A stretch of 64,000 nucleotides of DNA from a virus. The DNA is taken from UHGV virus genome UHGV-0198810, one strand, 5' to 3'. Position 1 is the first letter of the stretch. Each line of letters opens with the position of its first letter. The translations under genes and the position numbers were made by a program. A model generated the notes under the pieces. It saw only the letters and a list, made by a program, of their open reading frames with translations, was not told where the DNA came from and searched no databases. This document shows, one piece after another, positions 1-8,638 of this stretch.

Positions 1-129
1 ATTATGCTCTTCGCCTTTGGCTACGATACAAATTTTCTCATTGTCAAAAACTACAGACTCGACATCATTGACAAAAATAACAGGATTGCCTGTACCCGAA
101 ATAAGCTCAGCTTTAAGTTTAACTTTCAT
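1..129 (-). CDS. Partial hypothetical protein (runs off the left edge)
   Basis: ATG at 129 just after the YopX stop, preceded by GAGGTG; frame MKVKLKAELISGTGNPVIFVNDVESVV... open to position 1. Confidence 0.55.
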   Translation of the reverse strand, partial: MKVKLKAELISGTGNPVIFVNDVESVVFDNEKICIVAKGEEHN

Positions 130-131
130 AA

Positions 132-524
132 TCACACCTCTTCAAGCAGTTCTGGGTTATCATATATGTTGCCGATAATTTCATATTCAAATGCTATATC
201 CATTGGATATTCATATCCTTTATTGTCAATCGCACAATACCTCGCATAACAACTTTGATATTTAATTCTGCAATTCTTGAAATGGTATGCGGTTGTCTTA
301 AAGTGAACAATATCCCCTTCAAAGATTTTAACACCGTTCTTGTCGGTCAAGCCTGTGTATTGACCTACGGTATCGGGATTAACAAAAACTCGGCATTTGT
401 TTCCAAACCTATCGATATATATAATTACTGCACGGTCCTTTTCGGTTGTGTCCAGACTGCCGAAACACCAACTATGGTTTATGACTCCAGAAAAGTCTTT
501 ACCTCTAAACAAAATCACTCTCAT
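132..524 (-). CDS. YopX-family phage protein
   Basis: MRxILFRGK start, TVGQYTGLTDKNGVKIFEGDIV, C-terminal EIIGNIYDNPELL. Confidence 0.9.
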   Translation of the reverse strand: MRVILFRGKDFSGVINHSWCFGSLDTTEKDRAVIIYIDRFGNKCRVFVNPDTVGQYTGLTDKNGVKIFEGDIVHFKTTAYHFKNCRIKYQSCYARYCAIDNKGYEYPMDIAFEYEIIGNIYDNPELLEEV

Positions 525-973
525 TCCTCGTCGCCAACCATTTCTTTTAAGAGAGTATCAATACATCGTGTTGTAATTATCTCATAATATTTACCACCCC
601 TTGAATAGGACATAGCGGCATCTTTCAATTTTTCCGCAAACTCTTTGTATGCTTCGACTTTTATTTTATCTGTTCTCTCTTGTAAATCCTGGAATTGTAT
701 AGAAACTAAATTAACTTTTTTCCTTAACATCCTAATGTCAGCCTGTTGATAGGTGATTTCTTTCTCTACTTTTCGTACTATACGTTTACTATCACGAAGT
801 ACGTTTATATACAAAGGGTCTTCATTACCATTCGGATTATTATAATTATCAAATACTTCCTCTACTCGTTCCTTAAAATAAAGAAGTTCTTCACTAAATG
901 TCTTTTCTCTTGTTATTTCTTTATCTGGCATTTCCAATAATCCTTTCTTTAGATGTTTCTTTTCTTTGCCCAA
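521..973 (-). CDS. Hypothetical phage protein (true start may be MPDKE at 931)
   Basis: 4-nt overlap with YopX gene; shares K.EA.KEFAE.LK and ID.LLKEMVG blocks with the upstream ORF. Confidence 0.6.
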   Translation of the reverse strand: MGKEKKHLKKGLLEMPDKEITREKTFSEELLYFKERVEEVFDNYNNPNGNEDPLYINVLRDSKRIVRKVEKEITYQQADIRMLRKKVNLVSIQFQDLQERTDKIKVEAYKEFAEKLKDAAMSYSRGGKYYEIITTRCIDTLLKEMVGDEE

Positions 974-1014
974 CCATTAACTGCACGCTTCATAATGCAG
1001 GCAGTCTTTACAAT

Positions 1015-1665
1015 TCATTCTGTATCACTCCAATCTAATGCTTGACCACATTTATGACAATACATTGGTTTAGGATTTTCATAAACAAAAATATCATCAT
1101 CTGAAACGCCTAAATCTTGTTTGCAACAAGGACAGTTATAATAATGCTTTTCAACATTTATAGGCTTTTTCGGTATCTGCTTTTTAAGGGCAATAACAGC
1201 AATTTCCAAAGCCTCGCCACCTCGTTTATCTCGGTATATGCAACCGTGTTCAATCGTGTTTATCGCTTCTTCGTTTGTCATTTTCCCACCAACCATTTCT
1301 TTTAAGAGATTGTCGATTTGATTTACAGTGACAACAGAGTACCTGTTAATAATTCCTGTTTGGCTTTCATCACTCAGTATGTATGAATGTAGTTTTAACC
1401 TTTCTGCAAACTCTTTAGATGCTTCAGCTTTTGCTTCTCTTTTAATTCTCTGAATTTCCATAATGTTATTAACTATTGTAGAGCCTTTCGACCTCTCAAT
1501 TTCCGACTTTTGGTTGTTAATAAGGTCGAGAGTCGCATTTAAAACTTGTATATACTTTTCTTGAAAACCTGTATATAGGCTCAATTCAGTTAAGTCTTTT
1601 ATAATTTCCTCGTCAGTAAGTTTCTTATCGGTCATTCCTTGTCTTCCCTTTCTCCGTAACTGCAA
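1015..1665 (-). CDS. Hypothetical protein with C-terminal Zn ribbon; apparently two fused units; likely start MTDKK at 1635
   Basis: KEFAERLK block, then MTNEEAI...ALKKQIPKKP...CPCC...YCHKCGQALDW. Confidence 0.65.
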   Translation of the reverse strand: MQLRRKGRQGMTDKKLTDEEIIKDLTELSLYTGFQEKYIQVLNATLDLINNQKSEIERSKGSTIVNNIMEIQRIKREAKAEASKEFAERLKLHSYILSDESQTGIINRYSVVTVNQIDNLLKEMVGGKMTNEEAINTIEHGCIYRDKRGGEALEIAVIALKKQIPKKPINVEKHYYNCPCCKQDLGVSDDDIFVYENPKPMYCHKCGQALDWSDTE

Positions 1666-1952
1666 AAATCATCTGCGTCCAAACAGGTTGTATTCATTTT
1701 TAAACACTCATAATCGGGGACACCTAAAACAGTCTTGCTTTTCTTTGCATATTTACAATTCTTGCAACGCACAACCTCCTGCATATCGCAAACAGTGGTG
1801 GCATTCGGAATACTATCGTCAACTTCCAATATTCGTTTTACATTCAGTGCGTTTTGTCTGGAATTAAAATATACAGTAATCGGCTTTTCGCCTGAGTGCT
1901 GATAAATGTCTAACGCCCAATCTCCGCATATTTCTCCGATTTCACTTTTCAT
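1632..1952 (-). CDS. Hypothetical Cys-rich phage protein
   Basis: EVVRCKNCKY...C...DDFCSYGER, a motif common in Bacillota phage accessory genes. Confidence 0.65.
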   Translation of the reverse strand: MKSEIGEICGDWALDIYQHSGEKPITVYFNSRQNALNVKRILEVDDSIPNATTVCDMQEVVRCKNCKYAKKSKTVLGVPDYECLKMNTTCLDADDFCSYGEREDKE

Positions 1953-2380
1953 TCCTTGTCTCCTCTCATATCAGCACCACATTTATGACAAAAGTTATGA
2001 TTACCATTAAAGAATTCACTATATTTAATTCTCGCTCCGCAAATATTGCATTTCATTCCAATATTTACGCCCGGTTTATTGCTTGCAGATACCCACTTTC
2101 CGTGTTTTGTTTCTATATTATTTGCAATAGGTTGAATTTCGCAATCGCTTAACGCAACTCGCTGTACATTTGTTTCGTCTATTCCGCAATGAATAACCAG
2201 CAGAACCGGGACAACATTGTTGTGTGAGGTTGGCTTTGACTTACAATACAAAGGTACATCGCAGTAACTGTTGCTTTCAATCAAAGCCACGATTTTATAG
2301 ATGTGCATATTCTCTGAAAAATCTGTTTTTATTCTGCAATATCTTCCAAACATATTTTCATTAACTACAAATTCGCTCAT
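1949..2380 (-). CDS. Hypothetical protein with C-terminal Zn ribbon
   Basis: KHGKW...CNICG...NFCHKCGADMRG; GGAGG RBS. Confidence 0.65.
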   Translation of the reverse strand: MSEFVVNENMFGRYCRIKTDFSENMHIYKIVALIESNSYCDVPLYCKSKPTSHNNVVPVLLVIHCGIDETNVQRVALSDCEIQPIANNIETKHGKWVSASNKPGVNIGMKCNICGARIKYSEFFNGNHNFCHKCGADMRGDKE

Positions 2381-2395
2381 TCTTTTACCTCCGAA

Positions 2396-2692
2396 TTAAT
2401 CCATTTGATTTGATAACCATTCAATATCATCAAGAATGATTTGCAAACATTCATCATCTAATTTTTCTAAGCTAACATAATCGTTGAAATTACCGTCAGC
2501 ACATCTCGGATAAATAGGACCATTCGGGCCTAAGCTTAGGCCGTTACACCCATACCTACGTATACTACAAATTCCACATAAGTTATCGTTATGTTTTTCG
2601 TATAGATTAAACCTTTGTTCAACCGTTATTTCTGAAAGTTTGTTATAAGCAAGCTTTTATTCCGCGCCCAGATTATCGATTTCTTTATTCAT
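2396..2692 (-). pseudogene. Interrupted ~98-codon gene with in-frame TAA at codon 12
   Basis: GGGAGG RBS, ATG at 2692, MNKEIDNLGAE*KLAYNK...CGICSIRRYGC...GPNGPIYPRC...NQMD*; fills the gap between neighbours. Confidence 0.6.
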
Positions 2693-2764
2693 AACAAAAA
2701 TCCTCCCTATATCGTCTACAATCATTGTACTATAAATCTTTCTTGACCTTATTTTACAATATAA

Positions 2765-2796
2765 TTATAATAGATATGAAGAGAATTATCAACTAA
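2765..2796 (-). promoter_or_regulatory. Conserved phage promoter TTAGTTGA..N17..TATAAT (example of about 21 intergenic copies)
   Basis: Minus strand reads TTAG-TTGATA-17 nt-TATAAT. Confidence 0.8.
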
Positions 2797-3077
2797 TTGT
2801 TCACTATTGTTATATTATCTACAATGTGAGCAGCTTCTTCCCAATTATAAGATTCATAATCTAACTTATAGAATTGATAAAAACGCTTAAAAATATAAAA
2901 AGAATTCTTAAAAATATTATCACATTTATCATAATACTCACGATATAGATAACAATTACCTTGAAGGGTTTTGAAGATTGTACCGTCAAAACTTTCACCA
3001 AAAGAAATAACGTCTTCAGTAGAACCATCTTTATGTTTTACTATTCCTATTATTCTAATATCATTTACCATTTTCAA
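2793..3077 (-). CDS. Hypothetical protein
   Basis: ORF in the minus-strand gene train. Confidence 0.55.
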   Translation of the reverse strand: MKMVNDIRIIGIVKHKDGSTEDVISFGESFDGTIFKTLQGNCYLYREYYDKCDNIFKNSFYIFKRFYQFYKLDYESYNWEEAAHIVDNITIVNN

Positions 3078-3168
3078 CCTCTATAGAAATTGTCTGCACT
3101 TGTTATAATCACTTCCTCATCATTAGTTATTATTCTAACAAAGGGATAGCAGGAATAAAATAGAAGCC

Positions 3169-3459
3169 TCATTTCTTATTACCCCTTCGTACTTCTTCCA
3201 AGAGTTCAGGCAACTTATATACAAAGAACTCGTTGAGAGCTTCTGTCACAATTCCGCGTTCACTATTTTTATCTTCTTTGTAGTAAAGATTACGATACCA
3301 GTTTAGAATATCTTCTGGACTACCACATTCCTTAACACCTTTTACAAAATATTCTTCTAGAAAATCTTTAGACACGGGTTTGTCCTCCCCTGTATCTTCT
3401 ATTTTAAGAGGAACAAGTTCCTCGATATTAATTTGTTTAACATTCTCAAACCAAGTCAT
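3169..3459 (-). CDS. Hypothetical protein
   Basis: Stop/start-coupled ORF with GAGGAG RBS. Confidence 0.6.
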   Translation of the reverse strand: MTWFENVKQINIEELVPLKIEDTGEDKPVSKDFLEEYFVKGVKECGSPEDILNWYRNLYYKEDKNSERGIVTEALNEFFVYKLPELLEEVRRGNKK

Positions 3460-3791
3460 TACTTTAACTCCTCAATCATCTTTTCAATCATAAACTTTGG
3501 AATATAAACTACACCGTTTTCTTCATGTGTGTCAAGATAAAATTCAAGAGATTCTTTAATATGATTTAAGTTTTTATCTTTCTGTTTGATATTTTGCTTA
3601 CTTTGTTCCTCTTTAAGTGCTTTCTTTTTTATATAAGAGTAAATATCACATTGACATTTATCACCTTTACAATGACAAATATCTCGCTCCTTAGTTCCCC
3701 AGCATTGTCCTTCTTTTATAACAATAAGATAAGGATTATAAATTCCTCTTTCTACTTCGTGATAACATTCACATTTCTGCATTACAATCAC
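3459..3791 (-). CDS. Hypothetical Cys-rich protein
   Basis: KCECYH...CWGTKERDICHCKGDKCQCD. Confidence 0.65.
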   Translation of the reverse strand: MIVMQKCECYHEVERGIYNPYLIVIKEGQCWGTKERDICHCKGDKCQCDIYSYIKKKALKEEQSKQNIKQKDKNLNHIKESLEFYLDTHEENGVVYIPKFMIEKMIEELK

Positions 3792-4090
3792 CTATGTTTC
3801 AGTGTGTCAATTTCTTCTTTGAGCAATTGAATTTGTTTTATTTGAGCTTCAACAAGACTTTTTAGTTCTTTAATTTTCATATTATTATCATATTCAATAT
3901 TTAGTCCCGAAACTGTTCCGATAAACATTATAATAATACCAACAACCATCATAAATGTTCCATATTTACTATATTGACAAAGATTAACACTGAGCAGGAA
4001 TATTGCAAGTCCACAAGTAAACAAACCATTAGCATAAAACATATTATACCTCCTTGCTGATAATTGTTTTAGTGGGTTCATCGTCATCAA
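3788..4090 (-). CDS. Small membrane protein (2 TM plus coiled-coil tail); likely start MFYANG
   Basis: Two hydrophobic segments; AAGGAGG precedes ATG at 4042. Confidence 0.6.
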   Translation of the reverse strand: MMTMNPLKQLSARRYNMFYANGLFTCGLAIFLLSVNLCQYSKYGTFMMVVGIIIMFIGTVSGLNIEYDNNMKIKELKSLVEAQIKQIQLLKEEIDTLKHR

Positions 4091-4229
4091 AATAAATCAC
4101 TGCTTTAACACTTTTCATACTTACTAAATCCCCGTAGTCTACACATCGAATTTCGCCACAAGAAGTAATTACCCACATGTATAAATCCGTAATATCCTTA
4201 CCGTTTTTATCAAAAACTTTGAAATACAT
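4044..4229 (-). CDS. Hypothetical protein
   Basis: AAGGAGG RBS; in gene train. Confidence 0.55.
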   Translation of the reverse strand: MYFKVFDKNGKDITDLYMWVITSCGEIRCVDYGDLVSMKSVKAVIYFDDDEPTKTIISKEV

Positions 4230-4230
4230 A

Positions 4231-4599
4231 CTAATTATCCTCCTTTACAAACTTAACTCCATTGATTTCGATAGCATTAAATTTATCAATATTATCTTTA
4301 TCAATAGTGATACTTATCTTATCGTCATTTATTTTAATGGATTTTGCATTGATAATCAACCTATTATATTCTGGTATTCGAAGAAAATTTGAACCCTTAC
4401 TTTCAATATTATAAAATCCTTTATCAACACCATTTGTATTTGGAATATTAGCAATATTATATGTAACAGGTATAGCCGCTACGTCGGCTATTGTTTTGAA
4501 ATAATAATGACAAGTATAACAATAGTAACTCCCGTCAGTACAACTTGTAATTGAGTATGTGTTTCCGCAATAAGGACAACTTACCATAATAATCACCAC
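4231..4599 (-). CDS. Hypothetical Zn-ribbon protein
   Basis: CPYCG...YCYTC at the N-terminus. Confidence 0.6.
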   Translation of the reverse strand: MVIIMVSCPYCGNTYSITSCTDGSYYCYTCHYYFKTIADVAAIPVTYNIANIPNTNGVDKGFYNIESKGSNFLRIPEYNRLIINAKSIKINDDKISITIDKDNIDKFNAIEINGVKFVKEDN

Positions 4600-5090
4600 A
4601 CAAATTCAGGATATTTCTTCATAAAAGGTTTAACCACATCTTCAATGGCTTGTTTTGTTACCTCTTCGCTATTAAAGTAAACAACACAATTATGCTTAAA
4701 TGTAATAGCCCAGCCAACATCAAGTTTATTATCTCTTATAGATTTTGTAATGAAATATTTCTTGCCATAGAGGTTAGCCCAATCACTAATAGCATCGTTA
4801 TCATAAGCATATTTCAAAAGTTTACGATATAGCTTCTGATGAAGCATTACCTGATTAGCAAAATCTTCATCATTGAAATAATTTACACTATTATACATAT
4901 CCTCATCAATAATCGTGTCTATATTTTGTGTAAAATTTATCACATCAGTATTAGTTATATAATAATAACCGTTGTCTGCTATTTTGCCAAAGGGACTCTT
5001 CCTCTCCAACCCATCTTCGATACCAAGTGCTTTTAACTGCTCCTCAGTAATTTCAGCTTTCTTGCCATTGATTACGATATAATTATCCAT
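4593..5090 (-). CDS. Hypothetical conserved phage protein
   Basis: YIVINGKKAE...NYF...LYRKLLKYA...VYF.SEE...AI; strong RBS. Confidence 0.65.
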   Translation of the reverse strand: MDNYIVINGKKAEITEEQLKALGIEDGLERKSPFGKIADNGYYYITNTDVINFTQNIDTIIDEDMYNSVNYFNDEDFANQVMLHQKLYRKLLKYAYDNDAISDWANLYGKKYFITKSIRDNKLDVGWAITFKHNCVVYFNSEEVTKQAIEDVVKPFMKKYPEFVW

Positions 5091-5305
5091 TAGTTATTCT
5101 CCTTTAAAAACTTATCAAATTCAATCAAAAAGTTACATTCGTGGGGGTTATAATTAGAACAGATAAACTCTTTATCCCAATATCGTGGACATTTAGTTTT
5201 ATTATCTCTATAAGGACAAAGCATATATCCCCAACTATCCATATAATTAAAAGGGTAGCTATCCATATAATATGGAAGACTATCAACTATAAATTTCATA
5301 TTCAA
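5090..5305 (-). CDS. Hypothetical Cys-containing protein
   Basis: Coupled ORF; CPY...CPRYW...C...EC. Confidence 0.55.
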   Translation of the reverse strand: MNMKFIVDSLPYYMDSYPFNYMDSWGYMLCPYRDNKTKCPRYWDKEFICSNYNPHECNFLIEFDKFLKENN

Positions 5306-5558
5306 CCTCCAATTTTCTCAATAGTTTAGTAACATCTTCATAAACATATCCACAAGCTTCATCTTGCATTATGATACCACAATTTGATAATCCATCATTT
5401 ATAGCGGAAAGTATTTCTCTATATGCTTGTTTCTTAATTTTGCTTTTGTCAGATGAATTAACCGTAAATGTATTTATACCAAAAATCTCGTCCTGTTTTA
5501 TCGATGGAAGAATACCCTTGTTAATAAGAGAAATTATATTCTCTACTTTTTCTGACAT
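5283..5558 (-). CDS. Hypothetical protein
   Basis: GGAGG RBS downstream of the promoter at 5671. Confidence 0.6.
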   Translation of the reverse strand: MSEKVENIISLINKGILPSIKQDEIFGINTFTVNSSDKSKIKKQAYREILSAINDGLSNCGIIMQDEACGYVYEDVTKLLRKLEVEYEIYS

Positions 5559-5677
5559 TTCAAAACCTCCGTAACTTTTGTTAAGTACTAGTTTAATTAG
5601 TGTTAACTTTAAAATTTAAATTATAATTTATTTACTTTATATAAAATTATAATATGTTGTTAATCTAATATCAACTA

Positions 5678-5712
5678 AAAATAAAAGACATACATAACAA
5701 AATGTATGTCTT
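5678..5712 (-). terminator. Intrinsic terminator after dut
   Basis: AAGACATACAT/ATGTATGTCTT stem followed by a U-rich tract. Confidence 0.7.
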
Positions 5713-5718
5713 AATTAT

Positions 5719-6150
5719 TTAATTACCGGAACTACCAAAACCTTTAGAACCTCTTTCAGTATTTTGTAGTTCACCAACCATTTTCAAATTATCAATATTA
5801 GCAACAGGAATAATTACTAACTGTGTTATTTTATCCCCACATTCAAATTCCTTTGTGTTTTTTGAATTGTTGTAAAGTTTTACAACTATACTTCCTGTAT
5901 ATCCTGAGTCAATTACCCCTTCACTTGTAATACCTTGTTTAACATTCAATCCAGATTTAGACTTAAGAAATCCTACATACCCCTCCGGTATTTGTACATG
6001 TACTCCCGTATCTATTGTTAGTGACTTATTACCGGGAAGAATGTATTTTTGTGCGCCGGTTTTCGGTATTCGTAAATCAAAACCTGCATCTCTTTTGTAA
6101 GCTCTTTCAGGTAAATAAGCTCCTTTGTCAAGTTTTACATTTAATTCCAT
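5719..6150 (-). CDS. dut: Trimeric dUTPase
   Basis: Motifs AGFDL, KSGL, GVIDSGYTG, GDKITQL, RGSKGFGSSG. Confidence 0.95.
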   Translation of the reverse strand: MELNVKLDKGAYLPERAYKRDAGFDLRIPKTGAQKYILPGNKSLTIDTGVHVQIPEGYVGFLKSKSGLNVKQGITSEGVIDSGYTGSIVVKLYNNSKNTKEFECGDKITQLVIIPVANIDNLKMVGELQNTERGSKGFGSSGN

Positions 6151-6268
6151 TTACATACCTTCTTTAGATTCATTTTTAAATTCTTCAATTATGTTGGTAA
6201 GTTTTTCTATTTCAAGTTTATTATAAAGTTCGTTAACTTGTTTAATGTTTTTAATAATATTAACCTAT

Positions 6269-6298
6269 AAAAAATAGTGTAGTAAAAACTTACTACAC
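6269..6298 (-). terminator. Intrinsic terminator
   Basis: GTGTAGTAA/TTACTACAC stem followed by TATTTTTT. Confidence 0.65.
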
Positions 6299-6359
6299 AT
6301 ATTATAATATCAAATATTATTAACTTTCAACTAACTTTTTATTTTAATGATAACATTTG

Positions 6360-6572
6360 TTATATATTATCATTACATTGTTTACGGTAGGCCATTTCAG
6401 CTTCAATAGCGTGAATCTTTACTTTTTCATTCTTGATATAATGACGAAGTGATATTTGAATTAAGAATGACCTTGTTGTTTGCAATGTCCTTTCCCAATC
6501 TTCAATTTGTTCAAGAAGTTCTTTTTTCTCTCTTTCCAAAGCTTGGTTAGAATACTTTTCATAGTTTTTCAT
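6360..6572 (-). CDS. Hypothetical protein
   Basis: AAGGAAG RBS; helical 70-aa ORF after the tRNA cluster. Confidence 0.55.
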   Translation of the reverse strand: MKNYEKYSNQALEREKKELLEQIEDWERTLQTTRSFLIQISLRHYIKNEKVKIHAIEAEMAYRKQCNDNI

Positions 6573-6602
6573 AACTTTTCACTTCCTTTTTGTTTTAATT
6601 TA

Positions 6603-6697
6603 TGGCGTCAGCGATTGGACTTGAACCAACACACCGTTAAAAACGACTACTCAAGGATTAGCAATCCTCTGCCTTACCAAATTAGGCTTACGCTGAC
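6603..6697 (-). tRNA. tRNA-Ser(GCT)
   Basis: Acceptor GTCAGCG/CGCTGAC, anticodon loop TTGCTAA, long variable arm, GTTCAAGT T-loop, G73-CCA. Confidence 0.92.
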
Positions 6698-6714
6698 AAA
6701 TGGGAAAGTTTTTA

Positions 6715-6746
6715 ATTATTATTCTAATAATTATTAGAATAATAAT
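6715..6746. repeat. 32-bp perfect AT-rich palindrome
   Basis: ATTATTATTCTAATAA|TTATTAGAATAATAAT. Confidence 0.85.
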
Positions 6747-7116
6747 CAAGGAATTACCAGAACTTTCAAACCTTCGGGAGTATATATTCTTTATAGTCTT
6801 GTATTACTCTAAAAGACTAATCGGGTATTTTGTACGAAGCACTTTTTAACTAGTATAAATAAAGTATTCTTACAGAATACTTAGAAAAACTAAGATAAAG
6901 TTTATTAAACCCTACCTATACAAAAAGTCCTAACTTTTTTGATAAAAACAAATGATATTAAGTCTTAGAACTTGTTATCCCGCAGAATCAATCATTCAAC
7001 TTAACTTGTCTTTTGTAGTCACTTAACTACTCAGGTTCTTTGTCAGCTACCTCGACCCCATCACTTAGACATCGTCCTTTCATACTTTGCCATTCTTAAG
7101 ATAGTGAATTAGGAAT

Positions 7117-7192
7117 TGGCTCCTCAAGTTGGACTTGAACCAACGACTTCTTGGTTAACAGCCAAGCGTTCTACCAACTGAACTATTGAGGA
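7117..7192 (-). tRNA. tRNA-Asn(GTT)
   Basis: TCCTCAA/TTGAGGA acceptor, CTTGG-CTGTTAA-CCAAG, encoded CCA. Confidence 0.95.
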
Positions 7193-7200
7193 ATATTTAA

Positions 7201-7277
7201 TGGTGACGACAAGGAGATTTGAACTCACTATTATATGCGTGAAAGGCATATGTCCTTACCTATTAGACGATGTCGCC
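7201..7277 (-). tRNA. tRNA-Glu(TTC)
   Basis: GGCGACA/TGTCGTC acceptor, TATGC-CTTTCAC-GCATA, CCA. Confidence 0.88.
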
Positions 7278-7443
7278 ATATGATGCAATTAAGCGGCTTT
7301 CACGCTGGCCCAAATGGTGGACTGCTTGGTTTTCACATTCCAGATAGCGTGTACTTCACTGAGATAGCTATCAGTAATTCTCGGCTCTTTTATCCCTGAA
7401 TTATAGAGCAATAAGCGTAATAAAATATTTTATTTCAGAGGCC

Positions 7444-7518
7444 TGGAGCTGGTGAAAGGACTTGAACCTTCAACTTATTGCTTACAAAACAATTACTCTA
7501 CCATTGAGTCACACCAGC
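7444..7518 (-). tRNA. tRNA-Thr(TGT)
   Basis: GCTGGTG/CACCAGC acceptor, ATTGT-TTTGTAA-GCAAT, CCA. Confidence 0.92.
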
Positions 7519-7524
7519 ATATAT

Positions 7525-7945
7525 ATGAGGCGACCAACCTTCGCTCCTCAAACGGGGACATTTAACTTTCACAGTCCCAACCATCCAGAGTTCCGCTTAC
7601 GATGTACTGGACACACCGTTGTTGCAACACGAAATCGTTTAGGTAGTTAATCATAACGATTTCTCCGTTCTGTCTACACTTGGCAGAAGAACAATTACTT
7701 GTTGTCTGGATTTTGACTATTTTGGTTTGGACAAGTAACTCAAACCTCGGGTTTGCTCATATCGTCGCTCCCTATGACCACGGTATGTTTTTCGGTTACA
7801 TACAACGCCATCTTTTGCCATCCAAGCAGGGCGAGTAATTCCCTTGTTATCTCTAATCCGCTTCAACTATCCTAAAACAGCCCGCCCAATTAGTTTTGGC
7901 TCTGCGATAACTTGATAGCTTTTAGTTTGTTCACCAACTGAACTT
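7525..7945 (-). ncRNA. Candidate ~420-nt structured ncRNA between tRNA-Leu and tRNA-Thr
   Basis: No ORF, GC-richer than flanks, several hairpins (e.g. GAAATCGTT/AACGATTTC, TTACTTGT/ACAAGTAA); family not recognised. Confidence 0.45.
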
Positions 7946-7948
7946 CGG

Positions 7949-8035
7949 TGGTACAGGTAGTGGGACTTGCACCCACACGGAGTTTCCTCCACAGGTTTTT
8001 AAGACCTGTATGTCTGCTTATTTCATCATACCTGC
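7949..8035 (-). tRNA. tRNA-Leu(TAA), copy 1
   Basis: CAGGT-CTTAAAA-ACCTG, variable arm GGAG-GAAA-CTCC, A73-CCA; atypical D-loop AG and T-loop TGCAAGT. Confidence 0.85.
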
Positions 8036-8270
8036 TTATAAATTTTATGTTCGATTACCTTCCAACGAACATTAGTATTAAATATTAGTGGTATTTAATA
8101 CTTTTCTCACTCACGGCTAACCCACTAAGTTATTTGTAGGAGGAAGATTTCGCATAATTAAACTTGTTACAGACCGACATCTGAATTTAGGGCTCGAACC
8201 TAATAACAGAGGCTTAACCATTTTAGGAGCTACCTTGGACAAATTTTACGCTATATATCCATCAAGCGGC

Positions 8271-8357
8271 TGGTACAGATGACGGGAATTGAACCCGTAC
8301 GATATTTCTATCAATGGATTTTAAGTCCATTGCGTCTGCCTATTCCACCACATCTGC
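8271..8357 (-). tRNA. tRNA-Leu(TAA), copy 2
   Basis: ATGGA-CTTAAAA-TCCAT, long variable arm, GTTCAATT, A73-CCA. Confidence 0.93.
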
Positions 8358-8403
8358 ATATAATCTGCACTCTTTTATTTAATGTGTCGAGTGCACAAAC
8401 ACA

Positions 8404-8480
8404 TGGTCGAGATGACAGGACTTGAACCTGTGACTTCTGCACCCCAGATGCAGCGCCCTACCCAACTGGGCTACATCTCG
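8404..8480 (-). tRNA. tRNA-Pro(TGG), C at position 33
   Basis: CGAGATG/CATCTCG acceptor (C1-G72, A73), CTGCA-TCTGGGG-TGCAG, CCA. Confidence 0.88.
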
Positions 8481-8638
8481 GTAATGTTGAGCCAAAGGGT
8501 TTTCACCTTTGGGAACAATGGTTGGATTTACATCTGCAGCTGTCTACCAACAGTTTTTCGTTACCCACATGGGACTAACCATTTCTAATTTGTTTACATT
8601 GTTTTTTCATATCAACATATTTTAAGAAATTTTCTTTT

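Noticed and set aside
8160..8245. Extra tRNA around GGTTCGAGCC
   Set aside because: Only a T-arm-like hairpin; no matching acceptor or anticodon stem
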